A DNA stretch of 32,841 bases. Source: an uncultured Nitrospirales bacterium. GTDB lineage: Bacteria > Hydrogenedentota > Hydrogenedentia > Hydrogenedentales > CAILVY01. Location of the stretch: assembly GCA_964466925.1 (NCBI GenBank), contig CAYXPO010000002.1:1-32841 (forward strand), given 5' to 3'. Within the stretch, counting starts at the first letter, position 1. Each line of letters opens with the position of its first letter. The position numbers and the translations under genes are program-made. Below, piece by piece: positions 7,470 through 16,018 of the stretch. The notes below the pieces were generated by a model. The model was not told where the DNA came from, made no database searches, and saw nothing but the letters and a program-made list of their open reading frames with translations.

Positions 7470-7601
7470 TCTTTGGAGTGCGGGAGCTTGCTCCCGCTTT
7501 CGGAGGTGTCTGTGTTCATTTCAGGGATAGTATATTCTGTGGGTAAAACGGCAGCAAGCTGCCGGAAGAAAAAGCGGTAGCAAGCTACCGCAGTCCAAAG
7601 G
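7470..7601. repeat. REP cluster 3 (one plus-strand copy followed by two minus-strand copies), upstream of the RAYT
   Basis: Copy G, 7470-7500 (+): TCTTTGGAGT GCGGGAGC TT GCTCCCGC TTT. Copy H, 7545-7568 (-), has an intact 7-bp stem CGGCAGC/GCTGCCG and a diverged tail. Copy I, 7569-7601 (-), in its own sense: CCTTTGGACT GCGGTAGC TT GCTACCGC TTTTT. Confidence 0.85.
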
Positions 7602-7732
7602 GGTGAAAGCGGGCGCAGACGGTGATGCGGATACTATTTTGTAATTGGCGGGGGAAGCCTTATAGGATGAATAGCGCCCATCGTGTTGGCAGTGGACGGA
7701 ACAGCAACTCAACGGTGAGAGAGGCGGTACAC

Positions 7733-9946
7733 ATGAGACTTCAGGTGTTTTTTGTTGCGTGCGTGGCGATCCTGATGTTGGGATGGAATGGCTATTCGGC
7801 GGAGGGCGGTTCGGCGGCGGCGATGAAGACCGGGGTGGATTTTTCATATGCGTTCGGCACGCCGCACCGGATGACGGTGGCGCGTCCGGACAGCAGTGAC
7901 AAGACGCTGTTGGACGTGGAGCCGGGGAAGCTCAAAATCTCATGGTCGTATGAGAGTTTAATGAATCTTCCGTTTGGGGCGTTTCAGACGCCGCCCGCGA
8001 ATTGGAGTGTGAACGTGCAGCCACAGATGAATGGTCAAGCGTTTGAAACGAGCACTTGGACGCGGGCGGACGGCTTCCTGCCGGTATTGAGCAACACGTA
8101 TGCGTCGGAGAAGGGGAACATGACGCTGGAGGTGACGGGCGGGGCCTCGGCGGCGGTGGTGCGGGTGACCATGCGGAATACCGGGACGGAACCCGCGCAA
8201 TTCAGTCTGGTGTGTGCATCGGGGCGGGGATTTTTTGGGTACAATCCGGCGTTCGTGGATGTGGTGCGTCCGAACGATTGTTTGCTGGCGGGCTGGGGGG
8301 CGCGCGCGGACCGCATCATTGTGCTGGCGCCCGGTGCGGATAGTTATTCGATCCAGGGTGCGGTGACGGTATGTCCGCAGTGGGAGGTGGCGCCGGGCCA
8401 GACGCGCGTGGGCTGGTTGATCCGCCCCTATGAGAAGTACGCGGCGGAATTGGATGCGTTGCGCGCCCACGATTGGGAAAAGGAAGTGGCGGAGGCGAAA
8501 ACGGAATGGAAGACGTTGTTGGGGCGCGCGGCGCGGCTGCATGTGCCGGACCCGGAAGTGGAGCGTGCTTTTTACGCCTGCCTGGGCGATCTGTATATCA
8601 TGCGCGAGCCGGTGCCCGGCGGAAAGATGGCGGCGGCACCCGGCACGGATGGGTATCGCGCGGCCAGTGCGGGAGAATCCGCCATCATATCGCTTGTGCA
8701 AGATGCCTTTGGTTTGTATGAGAAGTCGTCGGACAGCTACAGTCCCTTCTTCGATTCGCAGGGCGAGGACGGCGATTGGGCGGATCCGCAGGGCTGGGGC
8801 CATTTGATGTGGCTCGTGCCGGGGTTCAAGTCGTGGGTGGCGATGGAACATTACAAATTCACGAAGGACCGGGAATATCTCGAAGACGTGTATCCGCACA
8901 TGCTGGCGAGCACGCGGTTCAATGAGCGGATGCGCGCGCGGACACGCGTGCTGCAGGACGGGCAGCGCCCGCTGACCTATGGGCTGATGCCGCCCGGCAT
9001 GGGCGATTGCGGTCTCAAGGACGGCGACAGCCTCTATGGCGTGTTTCTGCCGCATAATTTCTGGTCGGTGTACGCGGACCGGGTTACGCTGGAGGCCGCG
9101 CAACTCTTGGGGAAGACGGAGGACATTCCCGAACTTGCCAAGATTCATGACACGGCCCTGGCGGATTTGCTGTACGTGCTGGACAAAGGGGCGATTCAGG
9201 AACAGGACTACCGGTGGATTCCCGGCGTGGCCGGGAAAACCTGCGGAAGCCGGTGGGGCGCGTTGAACGCGCTGATGCCGTGCGGGATACTGCCGCCGGA
9301 CCATGAATTGATTACGGGGACGTTGCGGCACTTGGAGTCGAAGATGAGCGAAGGCGGCCTGCCGCTGAACACCGGGTGGATGCCGGAAGGATTGTGGGTG
9401 GCGATTGCCCTGGATAATCTCGCGGAGGCGCATCTGCTCCGGAATGAAGGGGACATGGCCGCCAAACTGTTCTATGCCACGCTCAATCACGGCACGCCGC
9501 TGTTCACGTGGTGCGAGGAGCGCGCGCCGCAGCCGGGCGCGCAGGAAACCACCGGGGACCGCCAGCATTTGTGGACGCCCGTGGCGGTTGCGCGCGCCCT
9601 GCGCGACATGCTGGTCCTGGAGGACGGCGATTGCCTGCATCTGGCGCGCGGCACGGATCGGGAATGGCTGGCCTCGGGCGGAACGATTGGGGTGGAAAGG
9701 CACAACACGCATTTCGGGCCGGTGTCGTATGAAATGGCCTACGATGCCGCGGCGCATGTCGTGAAAGGGAAAGTAATCTTTCATGGGGACGGCCCGAAGA
9801 CCGCCGTACTGCACCTCCGGCTTCCGAAAGGGCTGAACGTGTCGGGGATCGGCGCGGGCTGCACGGCAACGGTATTGCCGGACGGCGCGGGAATCCAGTG
9901 GGCGAATCCCAAGGGCGAACTGACGGTCCAGGTGAACGTTTCGTGA
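7733..9946 (+). CDS. Secreted hypothetical protein, possibly a six-hairpin (alpha/alpha)6 glycosidase-like fold
   Basis: 737 aa from ATG 7733, with GAGAGAGG 8 nt upstream. Signal peptide MRLQVFFVACVAILMLGWNGYSAEG. Composition is coding-like throughout. The C-terminal two thirds are rich in Trp/aromatic helix-pair segments (WGHLMWLVPGFKSWVAMEHYKFTKDREYLEDVYPHML). I cannot place it in a family by eye. The upstream 37 codons of the tracked ORF run out of REP cluster 3 and are rejected. Confidence 0.8.
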   Translation: MRLQVFFVACVAILMLGWNGYSAEGGSAAAMKTGVDFSYAFGTPHRMTVARPDSSDKTLLDVEPGKLKISWSYESLMNLPFGAFQTPPANWSVNVQPQMNGQAFETSTWTRADGFLPVLSNTYASEKGNMTLEVTGGASAAVVRVTMRNTGTEPAQFSLVCASGRGFFGYNPAFVDVVRPNDCLLAGWGARADRIIVLAPGADSYSIQGAVTVCPQWEVAPGQTRVGWLIRPYEKYAAELDALRAHDWEKEVAEAKTEWKTLLGRAARLHVPDPEVERAFYACLGDLYIMREPVPGGKMAAAPGTDGYRAASAGESAIISLVQDAFGLYEKSSDSYSPFFDSQGEDGDWADPQGWGHLMWLVPGFKSWVAMEHYKFTKDREYLEDVYPHMLASTRFNERMRARTRVLQDGQRPLTYGLMPPGMGDCGLKDGDSLYGVFLPHNFWSVYADRVTLEAAQLLGKTEDIPELAKIHDTALADLLYVLDKGAIQEQDYRWIPGVAGKTCGSRWGALNALMPCGILPPDHELITGTLRHLESKMSEGGLPLNTGWMPEGLWVAIALDNLAEAHLLRNEGDMAAKLFYATLNHGTPLFTWCEERAPQPGAQETTGDRQHLWTPVAVARALRDMLVLEDGDCLHLARGTDREWLASGGTIGVERHNTHFGPVSYEMAYDAAAHVVKGKVIFHGDGPKTAVLHLRLPKGLNVSGIGAGCTATVLPDGAGIQWANPKGELTVQVNVS

Positions 9947-9951
9947 CAAGT

Positions 9952-9976
9952 GGCCCGCGCGGGGCGGATTTCTTTA
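9952..9976 (+). terminator. Possible weak intrinsic terminator after the 737-aa gene
   Basis: Imperfect GC hairpin GGCCCGCGCGGGGC followed by a T-rich tract (GGATTTCTTTAT), 6 nt after the stop codon. Confidence 0.3.
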
Positions 9977-10017
9977 TACTAGGGGCCGTGGGGCCATGAA
10001 GAAAAGGAACTCGTTGC

Positions 10018-11823
10018 ATGCAGAAAAAGAAATCCGCGCCGTTGCGGAGTCAGTTGAAGCCGGAGGACACCTGGGATTTAACGCCGTTGTTCAAGAGCGA
10101 CGCCGCGTGGGAAAAGGGGTATAAGAAGCTTGAACGTCTGATCCCGGAGTTTGACGGATTCCGGGGCACCCTGGGGACTTCGGCGCAGCGGCTGCGGGCC
10201 TGCTGCGAGTTTGAAGTGAAATTCAACCGGCTGGCGGAACGCCTGGGTGTGTATGCGGGGCTGAAGTCTTCGGAGGATGTGGCCAACAGCGTGTACCAGG
10301 GCATGATGGCCCGTTTTTCCTATCTGGCGACCATTGCGGCGGAGAAGGCGAGTTTTGTCGAGCCGGAAATCCAGGCGATACCCCGAAAGACGATGGAGGC
10401 GTTCCTGCGCAGCCGCGCACTGGCCCCCTACCGGTTCAACCTGGAAAAACTGCTGCGGTTCCGCCCGCACATCCTGTCGGCGAAAGAAGAGCGGGTGCTG
10501 GCGATGCAGGGGGAAGTGGCGGGCTCGGCCTCGCGGATTTTCGAACAGCTTAACGACGCGGACCTGAAATTCGGATATGTGAAGAACGAAGACGGGGTGC
10601 AGGTGGAGTTGACGCAGAGTTCGTTCCGGAACCTGCTCGAATCGCCGAAGCGCGCGGTGCGCAAGGATGCGTTCACGAAGTTTTACACCGGCTACGCGGA
10701 CCATGCCAACACCATCGCGGCCACGCTGAGTGCGTCGGTGCTGCAGGACGTGTACCACGCGCGGGTCCGGAATTTTTCGTCGGCGCGCGAAGCGGCCTTG
10801 TTTGGCGACAAGGTTCCCGTGGCGGTGTATGACAGCCTGATTGACGCCGTGCACCAGAACCTGGACACGGTGTACCGGTATGTGGCCTTGCGGAAGCGGG
10901 CCTTGCGCATCGAGGCGGTGCACGCCTACGACACGTATGTGCCGATTCTCCCGGCGGGGAAAGTGAATATACCGTATGCGCGCGCGGTGGACACGATTTG
11001 CGCGGCCTTGCGTCCGCTGGGCGAAGCCTATGGCCAAACACTGCGCGCGGGATTGCTGGAACGGCGCTGGGTGGACCGCTATGAGAACAAGGGCAAGCGG
11101 AGCGGCGCCTTCTCGTACGGCTGCTACGACAGCCCGCCCTACATTCTGATGAATTACAAGCGCGAGGTGCAGGACAGCATGTTTACGCTGGCGCATGAGG
11201 CGGGCCATTCGATGCACTCGCACTTCAGCGCCCAGGCCCAGCCCTATCACTACAGCCATTACACGATTTTCGTGGCGGAAGTGGCGTCCACGTTCAATGA
11301 ACAACTGCTGAATGCGCACCTGCTGCGCCAGGCGAAGGACAAGCGGGAGCGCGCGCGGCTGATTAACCGCGAGATCGAGGAGATTCGCGGCACCATCATC
11401 CGGCAGACGATGTTCGCGGAATACGAGAAGATCATTCACGCCATGGCCGAGCGGGGCGAACCCTTGACGCTGGAAAGCCTGCGCCACGAATACTTGAACC
11501 TGTTGAAGCAGTACTTCGGCCCCGCGTTTGTCATTGATCCCAACCTCGATTTGGAGGGGTTGCGCATCCCGCATTTCTACCATGCGTTTTATGTGTACAA
11601 ATACGCCACGGGACTGTCGGCGGCGATTGCCCTCTCGCAAAGGGTGCTGCACGGCGGCCCGGAGGAACGGGACCGCTATCTTGCGTTCCTGAAAAGCGGG
11701 GGCGCACAATACCCGCTGGATCAGCTTCGGGACGCGGGCGTTGACCTGGAAAAACCGGAACCGGTGGCCAATGCCATGGCGCATTTCAAGGCGCTGGTGG
11801 AAGAATTGGAAGAACTGGTGTAA
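10018..11823 (+). CDS. pepF: Oligoendopeptidase F (M3B metallopeptidase)
   Basis: 601 aa. Zinc motif HEAGHSMH followed by a downstream Glu (FVAEVASTFNE). Length and N-terminal helical domain are typical of PepF. Confidence 0.9.
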   Translation: MQKKKSAPLRSQLKPEDTWDLTPLFKSDAAWEKGYKKLERLIPEFDGFRGTLGTSAQRLRACCEFEVKFNRLAERLGVYAGLKSSEDVANSVYQGMMARFSYLATIAAEKASFVEPEIQAIPRKTMEAFLRSRALAPYRFNLEKLLRFRPHILSAKEERVLAMQGEVAGSASRIFEQLNDADLKFGYVKNEDGVQVELTQSSFRNLLESPKRAVRKDAFTKFYTGYADHANTIAATLSASVLQDVYHARVRNFSSAREAALFGDKVPVAVYDSLIDAVHQNLDTVYRYVALRKRALRIEAVHAYDTYVPILPAGKVNIPYARAVDTICAALRPLGEAYGQTLRAGLLERRWVDRYENKGKRSGAFSYGCYDSPPYILMNYKREVQDSMFTLAHEAGHSMHSHFSAQAQPYHYSHYTIFVAEVASTFNEQLLNAHLLRQAKDKRERARLINREIEEIRGTIIRQTMFAEYEKIIHAMAERGEPLTLESLRHEYLNLLKQYFGPAFVIDPNLDLEGLRIPHFYHAFYVYKYATGLSAAIALSQRVLHGGPEERDRYLAFLKSGGAQYPLDQLRDAGVDLEKPEPVANAMAHFKALVEELEELV

Positions 11824-11844
11824 CACGAGTATGGGAGGTTGAAC

Positions 11845-13392
11845 ATGGGGATGTGGTGGAAGACCGCAACCGTGGCATGGATGATGCTTCTGGCGTTTCC
11901 GGTGTTTGCCCAGACGCCGGGCGCGGGCGCGTTGGACGCGTTGGACGCATTGAGCCGTCAGCAGAATTATGAAGCGCGGCGTACCAGCAGTTCAAACCCT
12001 GATATTACAAAGAACGGCGATGCGCGCGGCATCGAAACCGGCGGAACCCTGGTGTTGATGGAGGAAGACGGCCCAGGTGTCATCACGCATTTCTGGAACA
12101 CCGTCGGCTCGGCGGACCCTTTTGTAAGCGCCTCCCTGGTGCTGCGGGTGTATTACGATGGCGGGGAAAAGCCCAGTGTCGAGTCGCCGCTGGGGGATTT
12201 CTTCGGCGTGGGGTTCGCGGCCGCGCGCGACTATGCCTCGATGCCGGTGACGGTGTCCTCGCACGGGCGGAGCCGCGTGTGCTTTTGGCGGATGCCCTTC
12301 CGGCAGCACATCAAAATCACCCTCACCAATGAATCGCCGGTCCATAAGGTGGATTCCTTCTATTACTACCTGGACTGGCAAAAACACACGAGCCTGCCGG
12401 AGGACACGGCGTATTTTCATGCGCGCTATCATCAGGCCATGCCCGCGCCACCGGGCCGGTACGTGCTGCTGGACACCCAGGGGCGGGGGCATTACGTGGG
12501 AACGGTGTATTCCGTGTTTCAAATGGAGACGGGCTGGTTTGGCGAGGGCGATGATTTTTTCTTCATTGACGGCGCGGAACAGCCGCAATTGCGGGGCACG
12601 GGCACGGAGGACTATTTCAATGATGCGTGGGGGTTTCGTGAATTCGCCGCGCCGTTTCACGGCGTGACCATGTATGAAGGCGTGCTCACGGGCGACCGGG
12701 TGAGCGCCTACCGCTGGCATATACAGGACCCGATTCCGTTCAAGCAATCGCTGCGCCTGGAAATCGAACATCGCGGCAGCATTTACAATGAAAAGGGCAA
12801 CATCACCACATTGGACTTGGGCGGTTTTGAAGAGCGCCCGGACTGGATCAGTTCCGTGGCGTTCTGGTATCAATACCCGCCGGCCGTATCCGATGAACCG
12901 CTGCCGCCGCTGGAGAAACGGCTGCCGCCCTATCGCGTGCTGAAAGGTTCCGAACTCACGTTCCGGGCGGAACCGCCGATTCTGGTGGTGCCGGTGGACG
13001 CCTTTGTGGGGTATTTGCCGAATACCAAGGAGGCCGCCATCGAATTTGATTTCGAGGTGGAAAAAGACGGCCGTTACCGTCTCGATGGCGCGCTGTTGGC
13101 CAGCTTGATATCCGGGGTGTATCAACCCTTCCTGGACGGACGGAAAATCGGCGGGCCGCTGGATTTTGTCATTCCGAATTTCGATCCCGTTTGGGTGCGC
13201 CTCGATACGCATGATCTCACGGCGGGCAAACACACGCTGCGGTTCGAGAGCCAGAAAGAAGACTCCCCCAACCTGCGCGCGATTGGCCCGAAATTCAACG
13301 CCTTCGGCCTGGCCGGATTGACGCTGTTGCGGCTGGACGACATGGAAGGCTACCAACAGGTCATGCGCCAATTGCTGGAGAAGAAACAATAG
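11845..13392 (+). CDS. Secreted DUF2961 / glycoside hydrolase family 172-like protein
   Basis: 515 aa from ATG 11845, with GGGAGG 6 nt upstream. Signal peptide ..WWKTATVAWMMLLAFPVFAQ. DUF2961-type blocks: GDFFGVGF, YYYLDW, GEGDDFFFIDG, GTGTEDYFNDAWGF. Confidence 0.85.
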   Translation: MGMWWKTATVAWMMLLAFPVFAQTPGAGALDALDALSRQQNYEARRTSSSNPDITKNGDARGIETGGTLVLMEEDGPGVITHFWNTVGSADPFVSASLVLRVYYDGGEKPSVESPLGDFFGVGFAAARDYASMPVTVSSHGRSRVCFWRMPFRQHIKITLTNESPVHKVDSFYYYLDWQKHTSLPEDTAYFHARYHQAMPAPPGRYVLLDTQGRGHYVGTVYSVFQMETGWFGEGDDFFFIDGAEQPQLRGTGTEDYFNDAWGFREFAAPFHGVTMYEGVLTGDRVSAYRWHIQDPIPFKQSLRLEIEHRGSIYNEKGNITTLDLGGFEERPDWISSVAFWYQYPPAVSDEPLPPLEKRLPPYRVLKGSELTFRAEPPILVVPVDAFVGYLPNTKEAAIEFDFEVEKDGRYRLDGALLASLISGVYQPFLDGRKIGGPLDFVIPNFDPVWVRLDTHDLTAGKHTLRFESQKEDSPNLRAIGPKFNAFGLAGLTLLRLDDMEGYQQVMRQLLEKKQ

Positions 13393-13404
13393 GCCGGGGC
13401 GTCC

Positions 13405-14427
13405 ATGAAAACAGAGGAACTGGACTACGAACTCCCGGAATCGCTGATTGCCCAGCACCCCGCCGAACCGCGGGATGCGGCGCGCCTGCTGGTGCTGAAC
13501 CGCCAGGCGAAAACCGTGCGCACCGATGTGTACCGGAACGTGGCGCGGTACCTGCGGCGCGGCGATTGCATGGTGGTGAATGACACGCGCGTGATCCGCG
13601 CCCGGTTGATGGGCCGCAAGCCGACCGGCGCCCGCATCGAGATATTCCTGTTGCACGAAGACGCGCCGGGGGTATGGACGGCGCTGGTGCGGCCCTCCGC
13701 CAAGGTGAAGCCGGGGTCAAAAATACGCCTTCCGGAAAACATCGAGGTGGAAGCCGGGGAAATACTGGAGGAAGGCCGCCGCCGCGTGCGGTTTGATCGT
13801 CCGGACGTGTTGCCACTGTTGGAACGCGCGGGCCAGATTCCGCTGCCGCCGTATATTCACCGGGAGGCGCCGGAGGCCCGGGACGCGGACCGGTATCAAA
13901 CGATTTATGCGGCGCATCCCGGGGCGGTGGCCGCGCCCACGGCGGGACTGCATTTCACCAAAGACGTTTTCACTGCACTGTCGGAAGCGGGGGTTCGCCG
14001 GGCCGCGGTGACGTTGCACGTGGGGTATGGCACGTTCAAGCCGATCACGGCCGGAACCCTTGAGGCGCATCGCGTGGACCCGGAAGACTTCAGCATGCCG
14101 GAAACCACCGCGGCGGTCCTGAATGAAACGCGCGCCCAGGGGGGGCGTGTCGTGGCGGTGGGCACCACGGCGGCGCGGGTGTTGGAAACCCAATGCCGGG
14201 GGGGCCGTTTTCATGCGGGCGCCGGTGTGACGGACACCTATATTTATCCGCCGTATGCATTTTCGGGGGTGGACATTCTTCAGACGAATTTCCACCTGCC
14301 GCGTTCGAGCCTCCTGGCGCTGGTGTGCGCCTTCGCGGGAACGGAATTTGTCCTGGAGGCTTACCGGTACGCCGTTAAGGAAGCGTTCCGTTTTTATTCC
14401 TATGGCGATGTCATGCTGATTCTCTGA
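13405..14427 (+). CDS. queA: S-adenosylmethionine:tRNA ribosyltransferase-isomerase QueA
   Basis: 340 aa. N-terminus LDYELPESLIAQHPAEPRDAARLLVL, PLPPYI, AAPTAGLHFT and AVGTTAARVLE are all typical QueA blocks. Confidence 0.95.
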   Translation: MKTEELDYELPESLIAQHPAEPRDAARLLVLNRQAKTVRTDVYRNVARYLRRGDCMVVNDTRVIRARLMGRKPTGARIEIFLLHEDAPGVWTALVRPSAKVKPGSKIRLPENIEVEAGEILEEGRRRVRFDRPDVLPLLERAGQIPLPPYIHREAPEARDADRYQTIYAAHPGAVAAPTAGLHFTKDVFTALSEAGVRRAAVTLHVGYGTFKPITAGTLEAHRVDPEDFSMPETTAAVLNETRAQGGRVVAVGTTAARVLETQCRGGRFHAGAGVTDTYIYPPYAFSGVDILQTNFHLPRSSLLALVCAFAGTEFVLEAYRYAVKEAFRFYSYGDVMLIL

Positions 14428-14528
14428 CCCGGATTCCTCACCCGTCATAATTCGCGGCGGCCATGGCGGGCGCCGCACCGCCTTCGGCAACGATTCGTAC
14501 AAGTACCCATGGCCAATCCGCCGCCGCG

Positions 14529-15968
14529 TCAAATGGTTTTCTCCGGTGTTTCGCCCTTCCGGCGCGATAATTGATGGATCCCGTCCAGGGCGGTATCGGC
14601 CACCGAGGGCCACACCCGCCGGGGCGCCGGTTCAAGTTCTTTTCGCGCTTCGGCATACATTTGTGCGCACAGGCATTTTGCGGCATGGGTAATGAGGCCA
14701 CCCGCGGCAGGTTCGAGGAAGCTGCTGCGCGCGGTGCGGATTTCGTATCCGCCGCCCGTAAACGCCTCCGGAGTGCAGATATAGCCATTGTATCCATTGG
14801 CCAGTTCGACGCAACAGGTAAAGGGGAAGGGGGAATCCGCGCGCACGTCCAACGCGAACTGCTGGAAAAATTCTCCGGGAACGCCCCAGAACAGCGCCTC
14901 GCCAACACGCACCGCCATAATTTCCAGCGCACGCGTGCGCGGACGCATCGCCGCGACCTTCAGCAGTTCATTCGCATAAATGGTTTCCACATCGTCCGCC
15001 GTGATGGGGTTTCGCGCCAGCAGCGCGCGCGCGGCGGCACAGCCGCGCCGGGAGACCGTCCGGACCGCGGCGCTGACCGCCACCTGGGTGCACGCCACGG
15101 TGCTTTTGGCGGCGTAATCGGTGCGCGCCAGCGCCTGGACGGCCGCGCCGCCCACGACGCGCCCCGTGCGTTCGCACCAATAGGCGCCAAACTCGCCGGG
15201 CCGCGGATGGAGATTGTCGAGTTGCGTGACATCCCCGCACGCGCCGTTCAGATAGACCACGCCAAACGCCGGGCCATGGACCGCTTGCAACGTATCCACC
15301 ACCCATCGCACATAATCCGCGGAATAGCGGTATCCGTTCATGTGCGTGGCGTGACAGGCGAAATTCACCACCGCGCCCAGGGGCCGCAACGTTTTCGGAT
15401 CGCAGAACCCTGTCACCGTGACCGTGGGATCCGCCGGACCCGCCGGATGCAGGATGTCCGGATTCATTTTTCCCGGATGCGTTTTCCCGGAACCGTCTTT
15501 CATAATGAACCGCCGGTTGAACGCCACGCCGTCCGCCCGTGCCGTGGAGGTTCCGCACAAGGCCGCTTTACGGGTGCGGTGCGCCTCCACCACGGCATTC
15601 ACGATTTGCCGCGCGGCGAAATCCATGTAGCGGGGGTCCGGCTCGGAAAGGAATCCGCCGAAAAGCGGGCCGCCGGAATGGGTGTGCGTGGCGGCAATAA
15701 AACAATGGTTGCCGGAAATGCCGCAGGCGCGCTGTATTCCGCGCCGCGCCTGGCCCACCACGCATTCGGGCACGGCAATCGCATCGAGTTGCACGAGCGC
15801 GATACAGCATGCGCCGTCGTCAATAACGGCCGCGCGCGCGAAGAGATCATCATGGACGCCTGTTGCCAGACGGCGTTCAAACAATCCCGGGATTTCGAGT
15901 CCAATCCCGGGAGTGATGCAACATTGGCCAAAACCTGCTTTGAACATGAGGGGTGAGACTCCTTCCAT
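14529..15968 (-). CDS. Neutral/alkaline ceramidase N-terminal-domain-like hydrolase (function unknown)
   Basis: 479-aa ORF. The FKAGFGQCCITP...GVHDDLFARAAVI...ALVQLDA...FIAATHTHSGGP pattern matches the bacterial ceramidase-like family. An alternative start at ATG 15947 (MFKAGFG) has AAGGAG upstream. Confidence 0.75.
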   Translation of the reverse strand: MEGVSPLMFKAGFGQCCITPGIGLEIPGLFERRLATGVHDDLFARAAVIDDGACCIALVQLDAIAVPECVVGQARRGIQRACGISGNHCFIAATHTHSGGPLFGGFLSEPDPRYMDFAARQIVNAVVEAHRTRKAALCGTSTARADGVAFNRRFIMKDGSGKTHPGKMNPDILHPAGPADPTVTVTGFCDPKTLRPLGAVVNFACHATHMNGYRYSADYVRWVVDTLQAVHGPAFGVVYLNGACGDVTQLDNLHPRPGEFGAYWCERTGRVVGGAAVQALARTDYAAKSTVACTQVAVSAAVRTVSRRGCAAARALLARNPITADDVETIYANELLKVAAMRPRTRALEIMAVRVGEALFWGVPGEFFQQFALDVRADSPFPFTCCVELANGYNGYICTPEAFTGGGYEIRTARSSFLEPAAGGLITHAAKCLCAQMYAEARKELEPAPRRVWPSVADTALDGIHQLSRRKGETPEKTI

Positions 15969-16018
15969 TTCCGGCGCTGATCCTACGGGAAAGAGAACGA
16001 AGAATCCACACGGGGAGG

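Larger units (their letters stand above)
6777..7601 (-). mobile_element. REP-RAYT locus (domesticated Y1 transposase with its flanking REP clusters)
   Basis: A single Y1-transposase gene is bracketed on both sides by clusters of the same hairpin repeat in mixed orientation. There is no IS200/IS605 tnpB partner and no terminal inverted repeats. Confidence 0.65.

Noticed and set aside
5210-7601. Whether the repeated approximately 30-nt hairpin elements are a CRISPR array.
   Set aside because: Copies occur in both orientations and spacing is irregular (0-44 nt within clusters, kilobases between clusters). There are no unique spacers of constant length and no cas genes. The pattern fits REP/BIME elements.
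7460-7732. N-terminal extensions of tracked ORFs: 7460-7519 on the RAYT, 7622-7732 on the 737-aa protein, 6658-6777 on the secreted protein, 18117-18317 on the lipoprotein, 17291-17383 on the WcaI-like GT, and 4587-4631 on rsmD.
   Set aside because: The extensions translate REP or other intergenic sequence (for example ESGSKLPHSK and LECGSLLPL) or Arg-rich junk. Internal starts have SD sequences and/or begin exactly where a signal peptide or the family N-terminus starts.
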